Shown: positions 7,864-18,095 of the stretch, in pieces
How positions within the stretch are numbered: position 1 is the first letter of the stretch
How the letters are laid out: each line of letters begins with the position of its first letter
Source: Ideonella sp.
Lineage (GTDB): Bacteria > Pseudomonadota > Gammaproteobacteria > Burkholderiales > Burkholderiaceae_C
Direction: 5' to 3'
NCBI GenBank assembly: GCA_015075165.1
Contig: JABTUY010000002.1
Span: forward strand, 875,868-907,867
Length of the DNA: 32,000 nucleotides
Notes under the pieces: model-generated
Told to the model about the DNA's origin: nothing
What the model saw: only the letters and a program-made list of their open reading frames with translations
Databases searched by the model: none
Made by a program: the position numbers and the translations under genes

Positions 7864-8128
7864 GGCGTTGGGCCGCAAGTTGCTGCAGTCGGTCGGCGAG
7901 ATGAAGGCTCACAAGTTCGCGCGCGTCACCGAGGTGCAGCTCAATGAGGTGGTCGAAGCAAGGCAGAGCACCGGTATGTCGCAGGCGGAGTTCGCTTCTG
8001 CGCTCAGCATCTCCAAGCGCACCCTCCAAGAATGGGAGCAGGGCCGACGGGCACCGTCCGGGGCGGCGCAGGCGCTCATTCGCATCGCGCGCAAGCATCC
8101 GCGCATTGTTCGTGAAGCACTTGCGTAA
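7823..8128 (+). CDS. XRE-family HTH antitoxin (COG2944/HigA-like)
   Basis: ATG 7823 is preferred; the track ORF starts at TTG 7817. It contains a typical HTH and C-terminal signature (MSQAEFASALSISKRTLQEWEQGRRAPSGAAQALIRIARKHP). Confidence 0.75.
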   Translation: MPARKSVETPSSGEALGRKLLQSVGEMKAHKFARVTEVQLNEVVEARQSTGMSQAEFASALSISKRTLQEWEQGRRAPSGAAQALIRIARKHPRIVREALA

Positions 8129-8215
8129 GCGGCCATCGCCTTATCACGGTCGAGGCGTTGCTGCCGGCTATGCCGTCTGCAGCCCTCGGGTGAACGAACG
8201 TTAGTTGGCCGTCTG

Positions 8216-8998
8216 ATGCCAGCGCTCTACGACTCCCTCGGCGCCACGTATGCACGGACTCGCTGCGCTGACCCAGCCATCGTCGACGCCTTGGCCGGGA
8301 AACTGCGCCTCGCGGCCGCCGGAGCCTATTTGGACTTGGCGTGCGGAACGGGCAACTACACAGTTGCTCTCAGCACGCTGGGTGGGGCCTGGAGCGGGGT
8401 TGACGCATCGGAGGTCATGCTCGCACAAGCCCGCAGCAAGGCCAGCTCAGTCGCTTGGTGTCTGGCGAGTGCCGATTCGCTCCCGTTCGCCGACGCCACG
8501 TTCGACGGTGCGATCTGCACGCTCGCCATCCACCACTTCCCAGCGCTCGAATCCTCATTCGCGGAAATTCGTAGAACGTTGCGCTCCGGGTGCTTCGCCA
8601 TCTTCACAGGGTTGGCCGAGCAGATGCACCGCTACTGGCTCTGCCACTACTTCCCGCAGATGATGGCTCGCTCAATCGAGAAGATGCCATCCGAGTCAGA
8701 GATCCGAGCTGCCCTTTCACGGGCTGGGTTCAGGTCGGTCGCGGTTACCCCGTTCTTCGTCACGCCAAAGCTTCAAGATCTCTTTCTCTACTCGGGCAAG
8801 CATCGGCCCGAGCTGTATCTGGATTCGGCGATTCGCGCAAACATCAGCTCTTTCTCCGGCCTCGCCCCAACCACAGAGCTCCGAGAAGGGCTCGCCCAGT
8901 TGACCGCAGACTTGCAGAGTGGAGCATTCGCTTCCGTCAAGGCTCGCTACTTCAACGAGCTCGGAGACTATGCCTATGTCACTGCGCGAGCGGGCTAG
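8216..8998 (+). CDS. Class I SAM-dependent methyltransferase (Methyltransf_11-like), small-molecule type
   Basis: It starts at ATG 8216. SAM motif I is present (YLDLACGTGNYT), followed by the post-I acidic residue (GVDASEVM) and DGAICTLAIHHF. Many A/T-ending codons set it apart from neighbouring genes. Confidence 0.85.
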   Translation: MPALYDSLGATYARTRCADPAIVDALAGKLRLAAAGAYLDLACGTGNYTVALSTLGGAWSGVDASEVMLAQARSKASSVAWCLASADSLPFADATFDGAICTLAIHHFPALESSFAEIRRTLRSGCFAIFTGLAEQMHRYWLCHYFPQMMARSIEKMPSESEIRAALSRAGFRSVAVTPFFVTPKLQDLFLYSGKHRPELYLDSAIRANISSFSGLAPTTELREGLAQLTADLQSGAFASVKARYFNELGDYAYVTARAG

Positions 8999-9255
8999 CC
9001 CATCGTTGCGCCCGACGGCCTGCAGGGGCCCGCGCCCGCTCCCGGCCGCATCGATCGACACCGCGGTACGCACCGTGTGGTGGCAAGTCGCGGTGCTCGC
9101 CGGGCCGAGGACGCCGGGTGATCGGATGGCGCAGGTAAAGGGGGAGCGGTCGGGCTGCGACAGCAGGCCGACCGCGGAGGACACGGAGCCAGCCGGTCAC
9201 CCGGTGGCCTCGGCCTCGCTCCGCCGCAGCAAGGATTGGATCGATCGCAGACCGC

Positions 9256-9710
9256 TCAACCGTGCCCGCAATCCAGCTCGTCGCGGTGGCCGAAGCCGAG
9301 CGAGTTGTCGATCAGGTACAGCCGCCGGGGCCTGAAGCGGTACCAGCTCACCTGCGCCAGCGCCTGCGCGATCGCCGCCGGCGCGCCGCGGCCCACCAGC
9401 GGGAAGCGCTGGCCGTACAGCTCGCGCGCGCGCTCGCGCGCGGCGCCTTGCAGCTCGTTGACCAGGCCCTCGGCCTGCAGGCCGGTGATCTGCGGCCAGT
9501 CGGCGTAGTCGCGCTGGATCGTCACCGCGCAGCGCGCGTCGTGCGCCACGTCCTGCACGTGGCGGCTGCGCGGCTTGGACAGAAAGACCAGGTCGAGCCC
9601 GTCGGGCGCGTAGAACACCGCCGCCGCCCACGGCGCGTGGCCGTGCGTGGCCAGCGTCATCACGTGGTGCTGTTGCAGCAGGCGCTGCACGCGCTCGCGT
9701 AGCGCGGCGT

Positions 9711-9714
<4 letters not shown>
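9256..9714 (-). CDS. YhbP/UPF0306-like split-barrel FMN-binding protein (pyridoxamine 5'-phosphate oxidase superfamily)
   Basis: Only the C-terminal part of track ORF 9256..11190 is credible. The proposed start is TTG at 9714, overlapping the regulator stop (TTGA). The sequence LLQQHHVMTLATHG...RFPLVGRG...LIDNSLGFGHRDEL resembles E. coli YhbP as I recall it (RFPVAR...FTDNTLGFGKK). Confidence 0.65.
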
Positions 9715-11444
<1,730 letters not shown>

Positions 11445-11502
11445 CGGGCGGCTCCTTCGCAACGCGAGTCAGCGTTGTACGCCGGCGCGGGGTGGTCGGG
11501 AC

Positions 11503-11516
11503 TTGAACGAAATCAA
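11503..11516. promoter_or_regulatory. FNR/CRP-family-like box TTGA-N6-TCAA (TTGAACGAAATCAA)
   Basis: It matches the outer TTGA/TCAA arms of the FNR consensus TTGAT-N4-ATCAA. It is centred about 65 bp upstream of the regulator ATG on the minus strand, within the divergent control region. Confidence 0.3.
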
Positions 11517-11597
11517 GACTCGCGACGACGTGGCCCCGGGGAATACCAGGGGCGCCGCCACGCTGCCCCACCGCCGCGCGCGCGGCCACGGCAACAG

Positions 11598-11609
11598 TTG
11601 ATCAATTGG
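11598..11609. promoter_or_regulatory. Candidate upstream activating sequence for the XylR/DmpR-type activator (TTGATCAATTGG)
   Basis: It is an AT-richer palindromic core (TTGATCAA) in otherwise GC-rich DNA, about 145 bp upstream of the -24 element. It resembles the TTGATCAA-type half-sites I recall for XylR/DmpR UAS. Confidence 0.3.
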
Positions 11610-11745
11610 TGGGCAGCGGCCCTCGGCGCGGCGCGATTTCACCAAATGCGCAAGTGTCGCCGGCGCCGCTGCGCGGCCATCACGCGCCGTGCCAGCCGTG
11701 TCGGCCACGCGCTTCCCAGGTGAACGGGCGCGGGCAGCAGACCCC

Positions 11746-11761
11746 TGGCACGAACCGTGCA
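11746..11761 (+). promoter_or_regulatory. Sigma54 (-24/-12) promoter of the pps-ppc operon
   Basis: The sequence TGGCAC-GAACC-GTGCA has exact GG-N10-GC spacing. It lies about 68 bp upstream of the ppsA ATG, next to a divergent sigma54 activator gene. Confidence 0.7.
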
Positions 11762-11828
11762 ACAGACACCGGGTACGGCCCGGCCGGGCCCGACGATGCC
11801 GACCCCACACACGAACAGGAGACAGGCG

Positions 11829-13664
11829 ATGAAATTTCCGGTTCCGCACGACGTCAAGGCCAAGACCATTCCCGGTACCGAAGGCTGGGAGCGGATGTAT
11901 CCGTACCAGTATCAATTCGTCACCGACGACGCGGTGCGCAACCAGTACGAGAAGGAGACGTTCTGGTTCTACGACGGGCTGCACTACCCCGAGCCGCTGT
12001 ACCCGTTCGACACCATCTGGGACGAGGCCTGGTACCTCGCGCTGAGCCAGTACAACAACCGCATCTTCATGGTCCCGCCGGTGCGCGGCGTCGACCACCG
12101 CGTGATCAACGGCTACGTCTACATCTCGCCGGTGCCGGTGAAGGACGGCAACGAGATCGGCTCGCGGGTGCCGCACTTCATGGAGCGCGCCGGCCACTAC
12201 TACAAGAACTGGGACGCGCTCGAGGCCAAGTGGAAGGTCAAGATGGAAGCGACCATCCGCGAACTCGAGGCGCTGAAGATCCCGCCGCTGCCCGAGATGG
12301 AAGACAGCCGCGTCGTCACCGAAGCGCTCGGCGAGTCCACCGGCTTTCATCTGCTGAAGGCCTACGACGACCTGATCAACCTCGGCATCAAGTGCTGGCA
12401 GTACCACTTCGAGTTCCTGAACCTGGGCTATGCGGCCTACGTGTTCTTCCTCGACTTCGTGCAGAAGCAGTTCCCGAGCATCCCGGCGCAGCGGGTGACG
12501 CAGATGATCTCGGGCATCGACGTGATCATGTACCAGCCCGACGAGGAGCTGAAGAAGCTCGCGGCGAAGGCGATCGAGCTCGGCGTCGGCGATCTGGTGA
12601 AGTCCAGCCCCGAGTGGGCCAAGGTCGAGGCGTCGCTCAAGGCCGATGGCAAGGGCCGCGAGTGGCTCAGCGCACTGAGCCTGGCCAAGGAGCCGTGGTT
12701 CAACGTCTCCACCGGCACCGGCTGGTTCCACCACGACCGCTCGTGGAACGATCAGATGAACGTGCCGCTGCTCGGCATCCAGACCTACATCGACAAGATC
12801 CGCGCCGGCGTGTCGATCGAGCGGCCGACCGCGAAGGTGCGCGCCGAGCGCGACCGCATCACCGCCGAGTACCGCGACCTGATCACCAACGAGGCCGACC
12901 GCAAGCAGTTCGACGAGCTGCTCGGCTGCGCGAAGACGGTGTTCCCGTACGTCGAGAACCACCTGTTCTACGTGGAGCACTGGTTCCACTCGGTGTTCTG
13001 GAACAAGATGCGCGAGGTGGCGGCGATCCTGAAGACGCACGGCGTGATCGCCGACGTCGAAGACGTCTGGCTGCTGCGCCGCGACGAGATCAAGCAGGCG
13101 CTGTGGGACGTGGTCACCGCCTGGGCCACCGGCGTGACGCCGCGCGGCACCAAGACCTGGCCGCCCGAGATCGAATGGCGCAAGGGCGTGATGGCCAAGT
13201 TCAAGGCCTGGGCGCCGCCGCCGGCGATCGGCACCGCGCCCGAGGTGATCCAGGAGCCGTTCACCATCGTGCTGTGGGGCGTGACGAACAAGTCGCTGGC
13301 CGACTGGGCCGCGGTGCAGGAAGTCGGCGACCCCGACAAGATCTCCGAGCTCAAGGGCTTTGCCGGCAGCCCCGGCATCGTCGAGGGCAAGGCGCGCGTG
13401 TGCCGCACGGTGGCCGAGGTGGGCGAGCTGAAGGAGGGCGAGATCCTGGTCGCGCCCACCACCTCGCCGTCGTGGGCACCGGCGTTCGCCAAGATCGGCG
13501 CCTGCGTCACCGACGTCGGCGGCGTGATGAGCCATGCCGCGATCGTCTGCCGCGAGTACGGCATGCCGGCGGTGGTGGGTACCGGCCACGCCACCAAGGT
13601 GATCAAGAGCGGCATGATGCTGCGCGTCGACGGCTCGACGGGCGCGGTGAGCATCGCGCGCTGA
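11829..13664 (+). CDS. ppsA: Phenylphosphate synthase protein 1 (PEP-synthase-like central/phosphohistidine swivel part), 611 aa, about 70 kDa
   Basis: It starts at ATG 11829 with AGGAG 7 nt upstream, in the frame of track ORF 11757..13664. The PEP-utilising mobile domain carries the phosphohistidine motif GGVMSHAAIVCREYGMPAVVG. Size and order (70, 40 and 24 kDa proteins) match the described Thauera system. Confidence 0.9.
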   Translation: MKFPVPHDVKAKTIPGTEGWERMYPYQYQFVTDDAVRNQYEKETFWFYDGLHYPEPLYPFDTIWDEAWYLALSQYNNRIFMVPPVRGVDHRVINGYVYISPVPVKDGNEIGSRVPHFMERAGHYYKNWDALEAKWKVKMEATIRELEALKIPPLPEMEDSRVVTEALGESTGFHLLKAYDDLINLGIKCWQYHFEFLNLGYAAYVFFLDFVQKQFPSIPAQRVTQMISGIDVIMYQPDEELKKLAAKAIELGVGDLVKSSPEWAKVEASLKADGKGREWLSALSLAKEPWFNVSTGTGWFHHDRSWNDQMNVPLLGIQTYIDKIRAGVSIERPTAKVRAERDRITAEYRDLITNEADRKQFDELLGCAKTVFPYVENHLFYVEHWFHSVFWNKMREVAAILKTHGVIADVEDVWLLRRDEIKQALWDVVTAWATGVTPRGTKTWPPEIEWRKGVMAKFKAWAPPPAIGTAPEVIQEPFTIVLWGVTNKSLADWAAVQEVGDPDKISELKGFAGSPGIVEGKARVCRTVAEVGELKEGEILVAPTTSPSWAPAFAKIGACVTDVGGVMSHAAIVCREYGMPAVVGTGHATKVIKSGMMLRVDGSTGAVSIAR

Positions 13665-13666
13665 TC

Positions 13667-14788
13667 ATGCTGGCGGCCGTGCAGTCGACACCGCAGCGCG
13701 CGGCGCCCGGCGCCGCGCCCACCGTGCGCTGGTTCGAGGACTGCGACAAGTCCTCGTTGCCCGAGGTGGGCGGCAAGTGCGCCTCGCTCGGCGAGCTGAT
13801 CCACGCCCAGGTGCGCGTGCCGCCGGGCTTCGCCGTCACCACGCACGGCTGTACGCGCTTCCTGCGCGAGGCCGGCATCCTGCCGGAGATCGCCGGCCTG
13901 CTGCAGGGCCTGCCGCACGACGACATCGTGCGGCTGGAGCAGGCGTCGGCGGCGATCCGCCAGATGATCGAATCGCGCCCGATGGCCATCGAGCTCGAAG
14001 ACGAGATCGCCGAGGCCTACCGGCGCCTCGCGCTGCGCTGCGGCCTGCCGGCCGCGCCGGTGGCGGTGCGCTCCAGCGCCACCGCCGAAGACCTGCCCGG
14101 CGCCAGCTTCGCGGGCCAGCAGGACACCTTCCTGTGGATCCGCGGCGCCGACGAGCTGCTGCACCACGTGCGGCGCTGCATCTCGAGCCTGTACACCGCG
14201 CGCGCCATCGGCTACCGGCAGAAGATGGGCTTCGATCATGCGCAGGTGGCGATCAGCGTCGGCGTGCAGAAGATGGCCAACGCGTTCACCGCCGGCGTGA
14301 TGTTCACCGTGCACCCGGCCAACGGCGACCGCTCGGTGATCGTGATCGACTCCAACTTCGGCTTCGGCGAGTCGGTGGTGTCGGGCGAGGTCACGCCGGA
14401 TCACTTCGTCGTCAACAAGGTGACGCTCGACATCACCGAGCGCACCATCTCGCGCAAGGAGCGCTGCTACACGGTCGACCTCAAGTCGCAGTGCAGCCGC
14501 GCGATCGACGTGCCGCTCGAGCGCCAGACCGTGCAGTCGCTGATCGACGACGAGATCTGCGAGCTGGCCTGGATGGGCAAGCAGATCGAGAAGCACTACG
14601 GCTGCCCGATGGACATCGAGTGGGCGGTCGACAAGGACGTGCCCTCGGGCGGCAACATCTTCATCCTGCAGGCGCGCCCCGAGACGGTGTGGAGCGCGAA
14701 GGCCAAGGCGGCCAGCGCGGCCCCGGCCGAAACCTCGGCGATGAACTACATCGTGTCGGGCCTGCTGTCGGGCCGCAGGCTCGGCTGA
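13667..14788 (+). CDS. ppsB: Phenylphosphate synthase protein 2 (PEP-synthase N-terminal ATP-grasp/nucleotide-binding part), 373 aa
   Basis: It starts at ATG 13667, 2 nt after the ppsA stop, in the frame of track ORF 11606..14788. PPDK_N-type motifs are present (VGGKCASLGEL, VAVRSSATAEDLPGASFAGQQDT, MDIEWAVD). Confidence 0.9.
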   Translation: MLAAVQSTPQRAAPGAAPTVRWFEDCDKSSLPEVGGKCASLGELIHAQVRVPPGFAVTTHGCTRFLREAGILPEIAGLLQGLPHDDIVRLEQASAAIRQMIESRPMAIELEDEIAEAYRRLALRCGLPAAPVAVRSSATAEDLPGASFAGQQDTFLWIRGADELLHHVRRCISSLYTARAIGYRQKMGFDHAQVAISVGVQKMANAFTAGVMFTVHPANGDRSVIVIDSNFGFGESVVSGEVTPDHFVVNKVTLDITERTISRKERCYTVDLKSQCSRAIDVPLERQTVQSLIDDEICELAWMGKQIEKHYGCPMDIEWAVDKDVPSGGNIFILQARPETVWSAKAKAASAAPAETSAMNYIVSGLLSGRRLG

Positions 14789-14810
14789 CCACGAACAAGG
14801 AGACCGCTGC

Positions 14811-15485
14811 GTGATCGTGCGCAACTGGATGAAGCCGACACCGACCACGGTAACCGGCGACACGCTGCTCAGCGAGGCCAACCAGATCTTCGCCGACAGC
14901 AACTTGCATGGACTGCCGGTGGTCGAGGGCGGCCGGCTGCGCGGGCTGATCACGCGCGCCAACTGCCTGCGCGCGGCGCACCACGTGGCGCGCACGCAGA
15001 GCCCCGACGAGTTCGCCTACTTCTCGAGCCGGCTGCGCGTGCGCGACCTGATGGTGCGCAACCCGGCCACTGTCGACGCCGACGAGACGATGGAGGCCTG
15101 CCTGCAAAAAGGCCAGGAGCTGCGCATCGGCCAGTTCCCGGTGATGAGCCAGGGCGCGGTGGTCGGCATGATCTCGGCCAACGAGGTGTTCGCGATGGCG
15201 GCGCACTTCCTCGGCGCGTTCGAGCGCCGCAGCGGCGTCACGCTGGCGCCGATGGCGCTGGTGCCGGGCGCGATCGGCCGCGTCACCGATGTCGTCGAGG
15301 CCAGCGGCGCCGAAGTGGTGGCGATCTACCCGATCGGCTCGGGCCGCACGCCATCGCCACTGAAGAAGCTGGTCGTGCGCTTTCACGGCGGCTGTGCGCG
15401 CACGGTGAGCGAAGCGCTCGAGCGCGCCGGCTACGCGGTGATCGAGTCGGTCGAAGACGCGCACGCCGTCGCCCGCGCGGCCTGA
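14811..15485 (+). CDS. ppsC: Phenylphosphate synthase stimulating protein 3 (tandem CBS domains plus ACT-like tail), 224 aa
   Basis: It starts at GTG 14811 with AAGGAG 8 nt upstream. Two CBS repeats are visible (VRNWMKPTPTTV...GLPVVEGGRLRGLIT and VRDLMVRNPATV...FPVMSQGAVVGMIS). The 24 kDa size matches protein 3. Confidence 0.85.
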   Translation: MIVRNWMKPTPTTVTGDTLLSEANQIFADSNLHGLPVVEGGRLRGLITRANCLRAAHHVARTQSPDEFAYFSSRLRVRDLMVRNPATVDADETMEACLQKGQELRIGQFPVMSQGAVVGMISANEVFAMAAHFLGAFERRSGVTLAPMALVPGAIGRVTDVVEASGAEVVAIYPIGSGRTPSPLKKLVVRFHGGCARTVSEALERAGYAVIESVEDAHAVARAA

Positions 15486-15535
15486 AGCGACCACCCACCG
15501 CCACAACCGTCGAACCCCAACAGGAGCACCCGCAG

Positions 15536-16954
15536 ATGGACCTTCGCAGCTACATCGATCAATGCGCACACGCCGGCGAACTCAAGCGCGTGTCGGCGCC
15601 GGTCGACTGGAACCTGGAAATCTCGCACATCTCCAAGCTGGTCGAGGAGCGCAAGGGCCCGGCACTGCTGTTCGAGAACGTCAAAGGCTACTCGACGCCG
15701 GTGTTCACCGGTGCGTTCGCCACCACCAAGCGGCTGGCGATCATGCTCGGGCTGCCGCACGGCAACACGCTGTGCGAGTCGGCGCAGGCGTGGATGAAGA
15801 AGACGATCACCGCCGAAGGCCTGATCAAGGCCAAGCAGGTCAACGACGGCCCGGTGCTCGAGAACGTGTTCGAGGGCGACAAGGTCAATCTCGAGATGTT
15901 CCCGGTGCCGCGCTTCTTTCCGCTCGACGGCGGGCGCTACATCGGCACCACGGTGTTCGTCGTGCTCAAAGACCCCGAGACCGGCGAGACGAACCTCGGC
16001 ACCTATCGCATGCAGATGCTCGACCACAAGAGCTGCGGCGTGCAGATCCTGCCGGGCAAGCGCGGCGAGCGCATCATGAAGAAGTACGCCAAGCTGGGCA
16101 AGAAGATGCCCGCCGCGGCGGTGATCGGCTGCGACCCGCTGCTGTTCATGGCCGGCACGCTGATGCACAAGGGCGCCAGCGACTTCGACATCACCGGCAC
16201 CGTGCGCGGCCAGCAGGCCGAGTACCTGATGGCGCCGCTCACCGGCCTGCCGGTGCCCGCGGGCGCCGAGATCGTGCTCGAGGGCGAGATCGACCCCACG
16301 GCGTTTCGCCCCGAAGGGCCGTTCGCCGAGTACACCGGCTACTACACCGACGAGCTGCACAAGCCGATTCCGAAGCCGGTGCTCGAGGTCAAGCAGATCC
16401 TGCACCGCAACCAGCCCATCCTGTGGGCCACCGGCCAGGGCCGCCCGGTCACCGACGTGCACATGCTGCTGTCGTTCACGCGCACGGCCACGCTGTGGAC
16501 CGAGCTCGAGAAGATGAAGATCCCGGGCATCCACAACGTCTGCGTGCTGCCTGAGTCGGCCGGCCGCTTCTGGGCCGTGGTGTCGGTCAAGCAGGCCTAC
16601 CCGGGCCACTCGCGCCAGGTGGCCGATGCGGTGATCGGCAGCAACACCGGCAGCTACGGCATCAAGGGCGTGATCACGGTCGACGAGGACATCGCCGCCG
16701 ACGACCTGCAGCGCGTGGTGTGGGCGCTGTCGTGCCGCTACGACCCGATGCGCGGCACCGAGCTGATCAAGCGCGGCCGTTCGACGCCGCTCGACCCCGC
16801 ACTCGACCCCAACGGCGACAAGCTGACCACGTCGCGCATCCTGATGGACGCCTGCATCCCCTACGAGTGGAAGCAAAAACCCGTCGAGTCGCGGCTCGAC
16901 GACGAGACGCTCGCGCGACTGCGCGGCCGCTGGGCCGAGTTCGGCCTCGATTGA
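15536..16954 (+). CDS. ppcB: Phenylphosphate carboxylase UbiD-family subunit, 472 aa (probably beta)
   Basis: UbiD-family motifs are present (NLGTYRMQ, EGPFAEYTGYY). It follows ppsC directly. The alpha/beta assignment is by size only (472 aa versus 484 aa). Confidence 0.85.
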   Translation: MDLRSYIDQCAHAGELKRVSAPVDWNLEISHISKLVEERKGPALLFENVKGYSTPVFTGAFATTKRLAIMLGLPHGNTLCESAQAWMKKTITAEGLIKAKQVNDGPVLENVFEGDKVNLEMFPVPRFFPLDGGRYIGTTVFVVLKDPETGETNLGTYRMQMLDHKSCGVQILPGKRGERIMKKYAKLGKKMPAAAVIGCDPLLFMAGTLMHKGASDFDITGTVRGQQAEYLMAPLTGLPVPAGAEIVLEGEIDPTAFRPEGPFAEYTGYYTDELHKPIPKPVLEVKQILHRNQPILWATGQGRPVTDVHMLLSFTRTATLWTELEKMKIPGIHNVCVLPESAGRFWAVVSVKQAYPGHSRQVADAVIGSNTGSYGIKGVITVDEDIAADDLQRVVWALSCRYDPMRGTELIKRGRSTPLDPALDPNGDKLTTSRILMDACIPYEWKQKPVESRLDDETLARLRGRWAEFGLD

Positions 16955-16961
16955 GCAAACC

Positions 16962-17510
16962 ATGAACGACAAGACCGAACGCGCCGGGCGCACACGCTTC
17001 GCCGAGCTGAGCAAACTGCTGTCCAGCCTGCCGTGCCCCGAGACGCTGCTGTGCGTGCGCGCCGGCGAAGTCACCGACGTCGCCGCGGTGACCACGATGT
17101 GGGTGTCGTACGACCCGGTGATCGTCGCCGTCTACCTGCGCCCGGGCATCCGCACGCACAAGCTGGTCAACGAGGGGCGGCAGTTCACGCTCAACGTCGT
17201 CGACGAGGCGCAAAACCCGCAGGCGCTGCTGGCCGGCTCGCTCAAGGGCGACGACCCCGACAAGCTGAAGAAGCTGGCGCTGCAGTTCGAGCCCGCGGCG
17301 TCGATCGACAGCCCGCGCGTGAGCGGCGCGGCGGCGAGCTACGAATGCCGCGTGCTGAAGGTGGCCGCGTGCGGCGACCACGACCTGTTCCTCGGTCTCG
17401 TCACCGGTTGGAACGTGCGCGACGGCGGCAAGCCGGTGGTGCGCTGGGGCGGACACAGCCACGCCATCGGGGCGACGCTCGAAGCCCCCGCCGTCAAGTA
17501 CCCACATTAG
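16962..17510 (+). CDS. Flavin reductase-like (Flavin_Reduct split-barrel) domain protein, 182 aa
   Basis: It starts at ATG 16962. The family pattern is AAVTTMWVSYDPVIVAVYL...GRQFTLNVV...SPRVSGAAASYECRVLKVAACGDHDLFLGLV, which compares with HpaC-type reductases (...PP.v.v....F.vNvl....P.l.ga.a.leC.....GDH.lf.g.V). Confidence 0.75.
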   Translation: MNDKTERAGRTRFAELSKLLSSLPCPETLLCVRAGEVTDVAAVTTMWVSYDPVIVAVYLRPGIRTHKLVNEGRQFTLNVVDEAQNPQALLAGSLKGDDPDKLKKLALQFEPAASIDSPRVSGAAASYECRVLKVAACGDHDLFLGLVTGWNVRDGGKPVVRWGGHSHAIGATLEAPAVKYPH

Positions 17511-17553
17511 GTCCGGCGGTCACGATCGATTGTCAAGACTCTAGGAGAGGCGG

Positions 17554-18063
17554 ATGGACAAGGCCAAGAACGTGAAGCTGGTGATCCTCGACGTCGACGG
17601 CGTGATGACCGACGGCCGCATCGTCATCGACGACAACGGCGTCGAGCAGCGCAATTTCGACATCAAGGACGGCCTGGGCGTCGTCGCGCTGCAGATGTGC
17701 GGTGTCGACGTGGCGATCATCACGTCGAAGAAGTCGGGCTCGGTGCGCCACCGCGCCGAAGAGCTGAAGATCAAGCGCTTCCACGAGGGCATCAAGAAGA
17801 AGACCGAGCCCTACGAGCAGATGCTCGCCGAGATGGGCATCGGCGATGCGCAGGTGGCCTATGTCGGCGACGACCTGGTCGACCTCTCGTTGATGAAGCG
17901 CGTGGGCTTTCCGGTCGCGGTGGCCGATGCAGTGCCCGAGGTGCGCGCCGCCGCCGCCTACGTGACACAGGCACGCGGCGGCCACGGTGCCGTGCGCGAG
18001 GCCGCCGAGGCGATTCTCAAGGCACAGGGCAAGTGGGACGCCATCCTGGCCAAGATCGGCTGA
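17554..18063 (+). CDS. ppcD: Phenylphosphate carboxylase delta subunit (KdsC-like HAD phosphatase), 169 aa, about 18 kDa
   Basis: It starts at ATG 17554 with AGGAGAGG upstream. HAD motif I is present (LVILDVDGVMTDG), and similarity to KdsC runs throughout (YVGDDLVDLSLMKRVGFPVAVADA, GGHGAVREAAEAIL). Confidence 0.85.
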   Translation: MDKAKNVKLVILDVDGVMTDGRIVIDDNGVEQRNFDIKDGLGVVALQMCGVDVAIITSKKSGSVRHRAEELKIKRFHEGIKKKTEPYEQMLAEMGIGDAQVAYVGDDLVDLSLMKRVGFPVAVADAVPEVRAAAAYVTQARGGHGAVREAAEAILKAQGKWDAILAKIG

Positions 18064-18095
18064 ATCTCTCATCCAACCAACAGGAGCACACGCAA

